Origin: an uncultured Fibrobacter sp.
GTDB taxonomy: Bacteria > Fibrobacterota > Fibrobacteria > Fibrobacterales > Fibrobacteraceae
Length of the DNA stretch: 64,000 nt
NCBI GenBank assembly: GCA_946183925.1
Contig: CAMHDS010000004.1
Coordinates: 697-64,696 of the forward strand
Reading direction: 5' to 3'
The notes beneath the pieces were generated by a model, which was not told where the DNA came from, searched no databases, and was given only the letters and a program-made list of their open reading frames with translations. This document shows, piece after piece, positions 55,699-64,000 of this stretch. The stretch's first letter is position 1; the number at the start of each line of letters is the position of its first letter. The position numbers and the translations under genes are program-made.

Positions 55699-56843
55699 TA
55701 CCGGCCGGCGAACTGGTCGCCGAACCTCAGTTCCGTTTCCTTTGCTCCGTTCAAATTCACCAGGCGGCTAGGGTCGTAACGCATATCCCGGGCCAGACCT
55801 TCGCGGAGCGCATGCAACCTGTCGAAAAATTCCGCCGGTTCTTGAGCCGTAAGCAAGGTCTGCCGAACCGGCATAGCGGCATCATCCGCATCATCTAGAC
55901 AGAACCCCTTGCAAAGTCTCGCCGCCAGCTGTTTGAGACGACCTAGCGCGCCCAGTTCCGTAGAACCATCTTCCAGCTTGAACTTGTAGTAAAGCGGAAA
56001 CACGTCCAAGGCGTCCACCGCAGAAATTTCCTTAGGGGCAAGGCCCTCCCAAGCGTCGGCAATCTGACCGAACAGCCAAGGATTGTGCATGGCGCCACGC
56101 CCGATGGACACACCGGAAACACCATAGTTTTCAATGCGGTCAAATGCAGTCTCTACGCTGTTCACGTCGCCGTTCCCGATGACAGGAATCTTCGCTTCGG
56201 CAGCCACCTTCCCTATCCAGTCCCAGTCGGCAAGTCCGTTGTAGCCCTGCAGGCGAGTCCGTCCGTGGACGGTGAGCAATTCTACACCCTCGCCTTCGGC
56301 AATCTTCAAAGTTTCCATCACGTTGATACTTTCAGAATCCCAGCCGATACGGCACTTGAGGGTGAGCGGCATCTCCGGACAAGAACGGTCCAGTGCGGTG
56401 CGGACCTCGTGCAGGATTTCCTGCAGGCGGGGCAGGTCCCGAAGCAGGCCCGAGCCGCTCCCCTTCCCCGCCACCTTCGGGGCGGGGCACCCGGCGTTGA
56501 CCTCTATGAACTCCGGATGGAGCTCCAGGGCGATTTTCCGGGCGGCTTCCGCCATCTTGTCCGGGAACCTCCCGAAAATCTGGATACCGAAGGGACGCTC
56601 TTCCGGAAAAAACTTCAGCTGCTTGTGGCCGTCCAGCCTAAAGACGGCGTCACCGTCGGTAGGCACGAACTCCGACACCAGAAGCCCCATGCGGTTGCCC
56701 GACAGCACCCGGCAGAGCCTGCGGAAAGGCGCATCCGTCACCCCGTCCATAGGGCTGAGGATCGTATTGGGAAAAATCTCCCTGTCCCGGAGCCTAAAAG
56801 ACGTCCTTTTCGGCTTTTTCACAACTTTCAACATTCTTACCAC
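55698..56843 (-). CDS. tRNA-dihydrouridine synthase (DusB-like)
   Basis: LSPMDGVTD, NAGCPAPKV, KCRIGW, TVHGRT, IGNGDV, IGRGAMHNPW. Confidence 0.92.
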   Translation of the reverse strand: MVRMLKVVKKPKRTSFRLRDREIFPNTILSPMDGVTDAPFRRLCRVLSGNRMGLLVSEFVPTDGDAVFRLDGHKQLKFFPEERPFGIQIFGRFPDKMAEAARKIALELHPEFIEVNAGCPAPKVAGKGSGSGLLRDLPRLQEILHEVRTALDRSCPEMPLTLKCRIGWDSESINVMETLKIAEGEGVELLTVHGRTRLQGYNGLADWDWIGKVAAEAKIPVIGNGDVNSVETAFDRIENYGVSGVSIGRGAMHNPWLFGQIADAWEGLAPKEISAVDALDVFPLYYKFKLEDGSTELGALGRLKQLAARLCKGFCLDDADDAAMPVRQTLLTAQEPAEFFDRLHALREGLARDMRYDPSRLVNLNGAKETELRFGDQFAGR

Positions 56844-56939
56844 ATTTATTCACAAATTTTCCGCAATGAAAGCCCGAAAAAAATATTTATTTTTCGCTAG
56901 ACCTATACGCTAATTCGTTGTTAATCCTATATTTAAGTC

Positions 56940-57296
56940 GTGCCTAACGTAACAAAACAATCTCTTATTCTTGATATAGCCAAGTCCACAGGGCTAGCCC
57001 GCAACGACATCAAGGTCGTGGTGGAACAGTTCCTGGACCTGGTGGGTGAAAAACTCATCGATGGCAATACCATCGAAATCCGTGGCTTCGGGACCTTCGC
57101 CTGCAAACCCCGCAAGGCTCGCCCGGCCCGTAACCCCCGCACCGGCGAGACCGTCCTCATTGAGGAGCGCCTGGTGCCCACCTTCAAGTTCAGCAACGAC
57201 ATCAAGGACAAGATCAACACGTTGGAAAACATTGCCGCCGAAGCCGAAAGCCTCCCCGAGGTCGCAGCGGAAACGGCACAGGACTCCGAAGGCTGA
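56940..57296 (+). CDS. HU/IHF family DNA-binding protein
   Basis: IEIRGFGTF, ARNPRTGE, PTFK. GTG start 6 nt after TATATT. Confidence 0.93.
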   Translation: MPNVTKQSLILDIAKSTGLARNDIKVVVEQFLDLVGEKLIDGNTIEIRGFGTFACKPRKARPARNPRTGETVLIEERLVPTFKFSNDIKDKINTLENIAAEAESLPEVAAETAQDSEG

Positions 57297-57345
57297 CCCG
57301 AGTCGGCCTCGTGCCCGCGATACAAAATCAAGAATTGATAAAGCC

Positions 57346-57375
57346 AGGCCTTCTCTCAGGAGAGGGCCTTTATTT
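57346..57375. terminator. Terminator hairpin overlapping the pseudouridine synthase 3' end
   Basis: aggccttctct-cagg-agagggcct-ttattt. Confidence 0.6.
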
Positions 57376-58060
57376 CGTCTTCTGTCAAGAACCGCCAGCC
57401 CCCCGTGCCCAGAGACCTGTCCAGCAGCACCGGTCCAATGGCGACCCGCTCCAGGGTCTCCACGTGATTGCCGACGGCGGCGAACATGCGACGCACCTGA
57501 TGGTACAGGCCTTCGCCGATAGAAATGACCACGGAGCCGTTCTCTACGGAAATCTCCTTGGCCTCCACCGGGCGGCGTTCGTCCTTAAGCATCACACCCT
57601 TCAGCAGGTCGCTTTTCTGGCCTTCGGTAAAGGGCCGGGCCAGAGTCACGCGGTACTTTTTCAGCAGGCCCTTCTTGGGGCTTTCCACCTTGTGGATAAA
57701 GTCCCCCTGGTTCGAAAGCAAAATCAGTCCCGATGAATTGGCGTCCAGGCGGCCCACGGTCTGGATGCCCATGGCCGTAAAGCGGTCCGGCAGCAGGCTA
57801 TAGACCGACGGATAATCGCGAGCGTTGTGGCTGCACTCCACATCTACGGGCTTGTACAGCATCACGTAGAGCTTTTCCACCGTTGGGATTTCTTCGCCGT
57901 TTACCGTGATGAATTCGGGCCGTTCCTTGAGTTCCAGAAAAGGATCTTCCACCACGTTCCCGTCCAGTTCCACCAAGCCCATGCGGACCAGGGCGCGGGA
58001 TTCCTTACGGCTTCCGAAGCCGATGGATGCAAGCAGTCGTTCCACAGTCAAAGCAGGCAT
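57356..58060 (-). CDS. RsuA-family pseudouridine synthase
   Basis: S4 domain, YKP, VGRLDANSSGLILL, EGLYHQVRRMFAAVG. Confidence 0.92.
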   Translation of the reverse strand: MPALTVERLLASIGFGSRKESRALVRMGLVELDGNVVEDPFLELKERPEFITVNGEEIPTVEKLYVMLYKPVDVECSHNARDYPSVYSLLPDRFTAMGIQTVGRLDANSSGLILLSNQGDFIHKVESPKKGLLKKYRVTLARPFTEGQKSDLLKGVMLKDERRPVEAKEISVENGSVVISIGEGLYHQVRRMFAAVGNHVETLERVAIGPVLLDRSLGTGGWRFLTEDEIKALS

Positions 58061-58962
58061 TATTCCTCCACCAGCCAGTTCAGGATTTTCGTACGCACGT
58101 AGCCCAGTTCAGGGAGATTTCCGGTCTTGAGGACCGCTGCACGGCGACGCCAGAATACAAAGGCGAATATGCCGCCATATACGGAACTGACCGTCAAGAA
58201 CCAAACAGTTCTGCACAAATTAATGGTCGCCTCGATGTGGCCAGCCGACTGCAAGTCATGATCGCGGGTCCAGTCCATCCGCAGGTCCCAATCTTCTAGA
58301 AACGGATAGCCCTTGAGCATAGCGTTCAGGGCGGCTCCATAGCCCATGGACTTGTAGTCCATGCGGATCCCTTCTACGTAGCAATCCCTGAAACGCACTT
58401 GGAATACGTTTAAAAAACTGTTCAGGATTTTCTTGCTGTAACGCAGGCCCCGTTCGTCAATGTCCGGAGTCAGCAGCAGGGTCCAAAATTCCCGCTCCGT
58501 CAGGCTTTTCTTGGCTTCGGGCTCGGGGCTCGGGGTTTGAGGCTCTGAGGTCGAAGCTTCAGGTGCGGGGTTCGAAGCTTCGGGCGCAGGGCTCGGGGAT
58601 TCAGGCTCGGGGCTCGGGGTTTGAGGTCGCTTCGCTTTGGGGTATGAGGTTTGAGGCTCTGAAGTCGAAGCTTCAGGTGCGGGGTTCGAGGCTTCGGGCG
58701 CAGGGCTCGGGGATTCAGGTGCGGGGTTCGGCGCAGTCTCCTCCACAGACTTTTCTTCTGCAGGTTGCTTCGGCTCTGGTTCCGGATCCTCCTTCGCCTT
58801 CCACTCCTTCGTGTAGTTCCAGAGCCTCTTCTTGAACACGAACAGGTCCGCCACGAATCCCGATTCCGTCAGTCGAAAATCCAGCCGGAACACCACAGGG
58901 AACAGCAAGACAACTGCTGCGACAATGGCGACAAGAATCAGGACCAGGCTGAAGACGCTCAT
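58060..58962 (-). CDS. Membrane-anchored hypothetical protein with Pro-rich repeat linker
   Basis: N- and C-terminal hydrophobic segments; TAATG coupling on both sides; PESPSPAPEASNPA repeats. Confidence 0.7.
   Translation of the reverse strand: MSVFSLVLILVAIVAAVVLLFPVVFRLDFRLTESGFVADLFVFKKRLWNYTKEWKAKEDPEPEPKQPAEEKSVEETAPNPAPESPSPAPEASNPAPEASTSEPQTSYPKAKRPQTPSPEPESPSPAPEASNPAPEASTSEPQTPSPEPEAKKSLTEREFWTLLLTPDIDERGLRYSKKILNSFLNVFQVRFRDCYVEGIRMDYKSMGYGAALNAMLKGYPFLEDWDLRMDWTRDHDLQSAGHIEATINLCRTVWFLTVSSVYGGIFAFVFWRRRAAVLKTGNLPELGYVRTKILNWLVEE
58516..58732 (-). repeat. Coding heptamer array containing a 72-bp direct repeat (period 114 bp)
   Basis: 58534-58605 and 58648-58719 differ at 2 positions. 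Underlying 7-nt units such as CCCCGAG, CCTGAAG, CCTCAAA. Confidence 0.85.
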
Positions 58963-59537
58963 TATTCCGCTTCGTCGGCCTTCTTGCTGATAATGTCAAT
59001 CAGTTCGGCAAAGGACTTGGTCTTGAGAATCTGGCTGAACTGGTCCTTGTAATTGCGGGCGGTAGAAAGGTCGTCGATGACTAGGTCCCAGGCCATCCAC
59101 TTGCCGTTTACCTGGGTCATCTTGTATTCCAGAACGGCTTCCTTGCCCTTGTTCCACAGGTGGGCCACCACACGAGCCTCATTATCCTTTTTCATCTTGG
59201 CAGGCTCGTAAATCGTGGAATCCGCACGGTAGAGTTCCAGGCGCTTTGCGCTGGAGTTGCGGACCATGCGCTTGAATTCGGACACAAACTTCTCTTGGGA
59301 GGCGGCGTCTTGAGCGTCCCAGTCCTTGGCCGAAAGGCTCTTCTTGGCAAGCATCTCGAAGTCGAAACTGTCGCTCAGCAAGTCCTTGACGCGCTCCTTT
59401 TCCTTGGCGGTATGGTTGGACTTTTTCAGCAAGGCCTGCAGTTCACCGTCCTTTTTCTTGATGGCGGCAACAGGGTCTTCGGCGGCAAAGGCCACCAGAG
59501 AAAGGCCAACAACCAAAATCATCAACTTCTTAAACAT
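58962..59537 (-). CDS. MlaC/Ttg2D family periplasmic lipid-binding protein
   Basis: Signal peptide; FDFEMLAKKSL..W, F..EF, WMAWDLVIDDLS..NYKDQF. Confidence 0.82.
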   Translation of the reverse strand: MFKKLMILVVGLSLVAFAAEDPVAAIKKKDGELQALLKKSNHTAKEKERVKDLLSDSFDFEMLAKKSLSAKDWDAQDAASQEKFVSEFKRMVRNSSAKRLELYRADSTIYEPAKMKKDNEARVVAHLWNKGKEAVLEYKMTQVNGKWMAWDLVIDDLSTARNYKDQFSQILKTKSFAELIDIISKKADEAE

Positions 59538-59553
59538 GGGAATTTACTCCTTT

Positions 59554-60909
59554 TTAAAATCTGGCTTGATAGTCTTTTAAACTCAACCCCATCCTGGCAA
59601 TGAGTTCCGCCACTTCCACATTGTACTTGCACACCGCAAAAAGGTAATCTTTCTGCAAGGTCACGTTCTGGGTGTAGGCGCTTACCAGTTCGCCCGTCTT
59701 GGACTTGTCCAGGTCGTACTGCATGGCGGCCCCCTTCAGAATGGCTTCGGAGGCCTTGAGGCTTTCTTTCAGGGCATCCATCTTCTCCTGGGCGGCGACC
59801 ACCTGGTAATACTGCTCTTCGGCCTTGGCCATCAGGCCGTCCGCCGCATAGGCTTCTTTCATTTTCAGGCCACGATACTCCACCCGGGCTTCGCGATAGC
59901 CCGCCCAATGCTTCCAGAAATTCAGTCGATACCTGAGCCCGATACCGATAAGGCCCGAAAGCTTGTTCACCGCATCTTCGGCAAAGGCGTCCTTCTGCAT
60001 CACCTTGCGGTTCCCGGCCCAGCTTTTTACGTACTCCACTTCGCCCATTACAAAGAACTCCGGCGCAAGTTTTGCCTCCGCCAAGTCCATCTGGGTTCTT
60101 TTGGCGATAAGCCCCGCCGAAAGCTGTTTCAGCTCCGGATTGCTCTGCAAGGTGAGTATCCGAACCTCTTCCAGAAGGGGCAACTTTTCTTTGCGGGGTA
60201 AAAGCACCGTGTCTTCTGTGGCAAACACGTCTCCATCTTGCAGGCTCAGAGAAAAACGAATAGCCAGCTGCACCCGTTTCATGCCCAATTCCGCTTCGGT
60301 CACGCCCTCCTTAACCGTATGCATTTTCGCCTTCAGGTTCAAAAAGTCCATCTGGCTTACATTGGGGTCGTCATCGTCCAGGGCTTCTTCCATCTGCTCG
60401 TAGGCTTCATCTACACGTTTCTGGGCATCAGCGGCCAGGCGTTTCATTTCAAGGGCCAGCAGGTAGTTGTAATAGTAGGTCTGCAGTTCCACTTCTTTAC
60501 GCAAGAGGGCGTTTTCGATGGCAAAGGATTTCTGCTGCACATCTGCCTCCAGCGCCCGCTTGCCAGAGCGGTACTGCCCCAGGTTCAGTGGCTGTATAAA
60601 CTTTGCCTGCACACCCCAAAATGGTCCCATCTTGGAAAAGTCATAGACATCTACAGTATCACCCCAGCTGTCTACCGATTCCTTAAGACCGGGGGCAGGT
60701 CCCACCATCATGGACACATCCAGGGTGGGCAAAATAGCTTCGGCCTTCAGGCTCTGGATTTTTTCCTTTTTCGATTCGGTTCCAAATCGGGCTTCGGCAA
60801 TTTGCGGGTCATTTGCAAGCCCAGCCTCGACAAAGCGCAAACAGTCGTAACGGACTTCTCCCGCTACGGCAATGCCTGCAAGCATCGTCAAGAGCAAAAA
60901 CTTTTTCAT
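59554..60909 (-). CDS. TolC family outer-membrane protein
   Basis: Signal peptide from ATG 60909 (MKKFLLL); two OEP-like halves (ANDPQI..LPTL / SNPEL..APEF). Confidence 0.8.
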   Translation of the reverse strand: MKKFLLLTMLAGIAVAGEVRYDCLRFVEAGLANDPQIAEARFGTESKKEKIQSLKAEAILPTLDVSMMVGPAPGLKESVDSWGDTVDVYDFSKMGPFWGVQAKFIQPLNLGQYRSGKRALEADVQQKSFAIENALLRKEVELQTYYYNYLLALEMKRLAADAQKRVDEAYEQMEEALDDDDPNVSQMDFLNLKAKMHTVKEGVTEAELGMKRVQLAIRFSLSLQDGDVFATEDTVLLPRKEKLPLLEEVRILTLQSNPELKQLSAGLIAKRTQMDLAEAKLAPEFFVMGEVEYVKSWAGNRKVMQKDAFAEDAVNKLSGLIGIGLRYRLNFWKHWAGYREARVEYRGLKMKEAYAADGLMAKAEEQYYQVVAAQEKMDALKESLKASEAILKGAAMQYDLDKSKTGELVSAYTQNVTLQKDYLFAVCKYNVEVAELIARMGLSLKDYQARF

Positions 60910-61084
60910 CAAGGCCACCTTTGGAAATCGCTTTGATGAAAAAAATTTGAGCGAGACCGAGTGCTGGCAGGAACGAAAAGTGGCGAATACTGGATGTATT
61001 TGCCACTTAGAGTGACGAAACAGCACGATGCGTCGCAGCCAAATTTTTGAAAATGAATTTTTAAAGGAGGCCATCAACTTAAAT

Positions 61085-61771
61085 TTATAAAAAAGATTGA
61101 TTTACAAGCATTTTATACTTGGAAATAACCCGTTCATAGTAACGCATGGGCAAGGGTCTCCCCCGCTCCAGCAGCTTATCTACGGCGGAATGCCCCAGGT
61201 TGTAGGCCACCAGGGCTTCTTTCCAGTTGCCGTATTTTCCGATAAGGCGAATCAGGTAGGCCGTTCCCACCGTCACGTTCACCTCAGGCTTGAACAGGTC
61301 CTCTTCAGAATTCACCCGGAGCCCAAACCGCCACGCCATCTTCTGGGCCGTTTCAAGCTTTATCTGCATAAGCCCGAGAGCTCCCGAAAAGGCTCCCGAC
61401 TGCATGCGGCCTCGGGCATTGGGGTTGCCATGGCTTTCCTGGGCCACCACCGCAAGCACCATCAGCGGGTCTATGGAATAGGCGTGGGAAATCTGCCAAA
61501 GCTGCTCCGTGAGGCGGCGGCGGGCATCTTCCGAAAGTTTCTTTTCCGACAAAAAATCCACGGCCCGGTCTATCCTCACATATTCCAGAGTCCAATTGCC
61601 GATTACGTCCAGCTGTTCGATTTCGGCCCTCAGGGTCCGCTCTTTTTTGGAAAGGCTTTCCAGTTCGCTGCGCTGGAGCCCCCAGTAAAAAACAAAAGAG
61701 AAAAGGACAACGAAGGTAAGTCCAAAGGCAAGCACCGCCACAGGCGTCGAAAGTCCAAGACTATTCTTCAC
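61085..61771 (-). CDS. Lytic transglycosylase (SLT domain), membrane-anchored
   Basis: AVVAQES (catalytic Glu), GALGLMQI, AYNLG; N-terminal TM and coiled coil. Confidence 0.88.
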   Translation of the reverse strand: MKNSLGLSTPVAVLAFGLTFVVLFSFVFYWGLQRSELESLSKKERTLRAEIEQLDVIGNWTLEYVRIDRAVDFLSEKKLSEDARRRLTEQLWQISHAYSIDPLMVLAVVAQESHGNPNARGRMQSGAFSGALGLMQIKLETAQKMAWRFGLRVNSEEDLFKPEVNVTVGTAYLIRLIGKYGNWKEALVAYNLGHSAVDKLLERGRPLPMRYYERVISKYKMLVNQSFL

Positions 61772-62450
61772 GCCGGGTATTCTCCAGGTGCTTCAGGTAA
61801 GAAACCCAGTCGCGAATGGCCCCGAAGGAATTCAGCTGGGATGTATCTTCCACCACGCCCAGCCTTTTCAAGGGACCAATTGAAGATTCCAGCTTGTCGA
61901 TTTCCTGGACATAGCGGTCCCGCTGGCTTTCCAGGGCCATAATTTGGGACTGCTTGTCGGCAATGTCTTTCCCCTGGGCGGCAATGATTAAGAATAAAGT
62001 AACAAGCCAGCCCATAATCAGAACGCCGGCCGCAATGGCCACACTTGGACTCAGGCGAAGTCCCGTCTTTTTGCCGTAATAGACGCCCACCTGCTTCAGC
62101 TGCTTGGAAAGACCGGAACTCTTGTAGGCCTCGCGACTTTCATGGATTTCAAAAATATTCTTGTATCTGGAAAAATATTCCAATAGTTCTTCGTTCCTGA
62201 ACAGGAGCACCATGGTCGAGTTTTTTTCCCTGGTCTTGTTCATCAAATCCAGGAACATTTCCAGGTAGTCATCTACGGCAAAGTGGGCGCGCTCCAGATT
62301 CAAGAAGAAAAACACTCCGGGGCCAGACATCAGGGAGTCCAGCTTTTCCCGAACGGCCGATAGCTGGGCCTTGCTCAGGGAACCCGACAGGGAAATTTCC
62401 ACGTCGTTTCCAAAGTCTTCTATCTGTATGTCAATCAGGTCCGCCCTCAT
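61761..62450 (-). CDS. STAS-like domain + TM + coiled-coil protein
   Basis: ISLSGSL...VREKL...FFFLNLE STAS-like N-terminus; single TM; heptad C-terminus. Confidence 0.6.
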   Translation of the reverse strand: MRADLIDIQIEDFGNDVEISLSGSLSKAQLSAVREKLDSLMSGPGVFFFLNLERAHFAVDDYLEMFLDLMNKTREKNSTMVLLFRNEELLEYFSRYKNIFEIHESREAYKSSGLSKQLKQVGVYYGKKTGLRLSPSVAIAAGVLIMGWLVTLFLIIAAQGKDIADKQSQIMALESQRDRYVQEIDKLESSIGPLKRLGVVEDTSQLNSFGAIRDWVSYLKHLENTRREE

Positions 62451-62453
62451 GCA

Positions 62454-64000
62454 TCACCTCTTGGAGAGCGTCATGTTCATCTTGCATTCAAATTTTTCCG
62501 AGGCGGCCAGGGACGATTTCCAGAAAGGATAAACACGAATTCCCTGGAACATCTGGGGGGCCGCCGCCGAAGACGCACTGAAAATCGGCCCGATAAATAC
62601 CGGCGTTGGCGTCTCGAATTCCAGTTCTATGGCGGCATCCAGGCTAGAATCGAAAACCTTGAACTTCTTTGCATCCGGATAAATGAAAGGCTCCCTGCGG
62701 TCCCACTTGACCTTGGATCCATCCGCGACAATGCATGGGCCCTCGCCCGACTCCAAAAGTCCAAGTTCCATCAAGGTCCCGAAATAGCAGGGATTTTCCT
62801 GATAGGTGGTGTTGGCCACCTCGTAAGCCACTCCTATACGGGGAGACCCGTTGTCAAAGTGCAGTTCCTTCTTGACCAAGAAAACGCCCTGTTTCTCGCC
62901 GACACGGTAGCCCTGCTCCCCGCTCAGCTGCAACTGGGCATTGCCGCTTTCCCGTTTCACCTGGTAGTCGTAATGTTCCAAGAACAGGCGGTCACGGCCG
63001 GCCAGCAGCACGCCGATTTGCTCTGGAGTCAGGTCCGTATTGGGCAACAGACAATCCGCCAGAAACAAGGCGGGTCCGCCGTCATCGTGCCAGGCATTTA
63101 CCAAATTCACCGCGGGACTCTTGTGGTTGAGCAACCTGAGGATTCCCCCCTGGTTGTAATCCACCAGGCAAGAAATCTCCGGATTTTCCACCCAGATCTG
63201 TTTCTTGCCCTGAAGCATAAAATCGCTCACGTCTATACGCAGGCCCGAAAAGTTCATTCGAGAATCCAAGTCATGGGCTGCCTTCTGCAGGTAGCGGAAG
63301 CCCCACTGCCGCACCTTCAAGCTACGCATGCCCTCGTCGTCTTGCAGGTTCCGGTAGAAAATCGGCGACATGGCGGGCAGAAGTTCCTCGTAGAACTTTT
63401 CCAGGTCCTTGCCCTGCAAGTTGTCCTTGCCCCTGTGGAACAGGTTCAGCAGGTCCTTTTGCAGGGTATTGATCTCGGGACGCTGGACAAGCATCTCCCG
63501 GCAGGTATTGGCCGCAAAGGGGAGCCCCAGCTTACGGCCCGCAGAAACCAGATTGCTGAGAGCACCTTCCGGCTGGAGCTGGTTCACGATATAGCTCACA
63601 GGCCAGGTCTGCACCTCGTTCGTCTCCACAAAATCCACCAGACGCTCAAAGAAGCCCACAATTTCTTCTGCCTGCGGGGGCAAATCCAGCAGCACCACCA
63701 CGGGCTTTTCTTCGTGATTGTAGGATTCCGCAATTTCCCGCCAGCGAAGGTCGTCTTCGCCGATAGCCTTGGACAGTTCATCAGAAACAGGAACCACCCG
63801 CATCAGGGAGCCCTGGTCTTCGACAGTGAACCACCCCGAAACCGGAGAATTGCGGCCCAGGGCCTCCCGAACGGCGGCCTCGCTCACCAGCGCATAGTCA
63901 AAGGCACACTCCTCCAGCACAGAAATCATGCCCATTTCCCAGACCAGAGACGAGTTGAAATAACCCTGGGGTTCCAGTCCCAAGAAGGACTTCAGCTTGG
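62454..64000 (-). CDS. GH57 4-alpha-glucanotransferase-like protein (DUF1926-like C-terminus), 5' end outside window
   Basis: Frame open to the window edge; LGLEPQGYFNSSLVWE, FDYALVSE, GWFTVEDQG, INTLQKDLL, NQGGILRLL. The order of these blocks matches GH57 amylase/4-alpha-GT. Confidence 0.6.
   Translation of the reverse strand, partial: KLKSFLGLEPQGYFNSSLVWEMGMISVLEECAFDYALVSEAAVREALGRNSPVSGWFTVEDQGSLMRVVPVSDELSKAIGEDDLRWREIAESYNHEEKPVVVLLDLPPQAEEIVGFFERLVDFVETNEVQTWPVSYIVNQLQPEGALSNLVSAGRKLGLPFAANTCREMLVQRPEINTLQKDLLNLFHRGKDNLQGKDLEKFYEELLPAMSPIFYRNLQDDEGMRSLKVRQWGFRYLQKAAHDLDSRMNFSGLRIDVSDFMLQGKKQIWVENPEISCLVDYNQGGILRLLNHKSPAVNLVNAWHDDGGPALFLADCLLPNTDLTPEQIGVLLAGRDRLFLEHYDYQVKRESGNAQLQLSGEQGYRVGEKQGVFLVKKELHFDNGSPRIGVAYEVANTTYQENPCYFGTLMELGLLESGEGPCIVADGSKVKWDRREPFIYPDAKKFKVFDSSLDAAIELEFETPTPVFIGPIFSASSAAAPQMFQGIRVYPFWKSSLAASEKFECKMNMTLSKR

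Noticed and set aside
1-64000. tRNA / rRNA genes
   Set aside because: No cloverleaf with T-loop and acceptor stem, and no rRNA-like sequence, seen in any intergenic gap.

Overview
Mostly core-chromosome DNA from a Fibrobacter-like (FCB group) bacterium. The taxon is inferred from two Fibrobacter major-paralogous-domain (FISUMP) proteins, a giant multidomain GH9 and many Cys-lipoproteins with Ser-rich linkers. About 55 CDS are supported. They include an orphan tyrosine recombinase, a 2198-aa GH9, gluQ, a DUF4011 helicase-like protein, a PqqD + ABC pair, an SNF2 helicase, a Ser/Thr kinase + rhomboid-like pair, and ferredoxin + geranylgeranyl reductase. Also present are the yceD-rpmF-plsX-(FISUMP)-fabD-fabG-acpP-rnc cluster, a degenerate MetH, a lipoprotein/PEGA operon, a radical SAM enzyme, Dus, HU, and an STAS-SLT-TolC-MlaC cluster. 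I found no rRNA, tRNA, CRISPR array or prophage. The most striking sequence-level signals are: (1) about 14 genes have a TAnnnT -10 hexamer only 6-9 nt before the start codon and no obvious Shine-Dalgarno, which suggests pervasive leaderless transcription; (2) two families of small intergenic repeats (GTCAT-anchored REP/dRS3-like hairpins and inverted heptamer arrays), with repeat-like DNA also found in-frame inside three protein genes; (3) several full-length genes whose catalytic motifs are eroded (helicase, rhomboid, MetH, GH57); (4) strong enrichment of the D-[ST]-hydrophobic O-glycosylation sequon in exported proteins. All calls come from motif reading by eye; no database searches were run.
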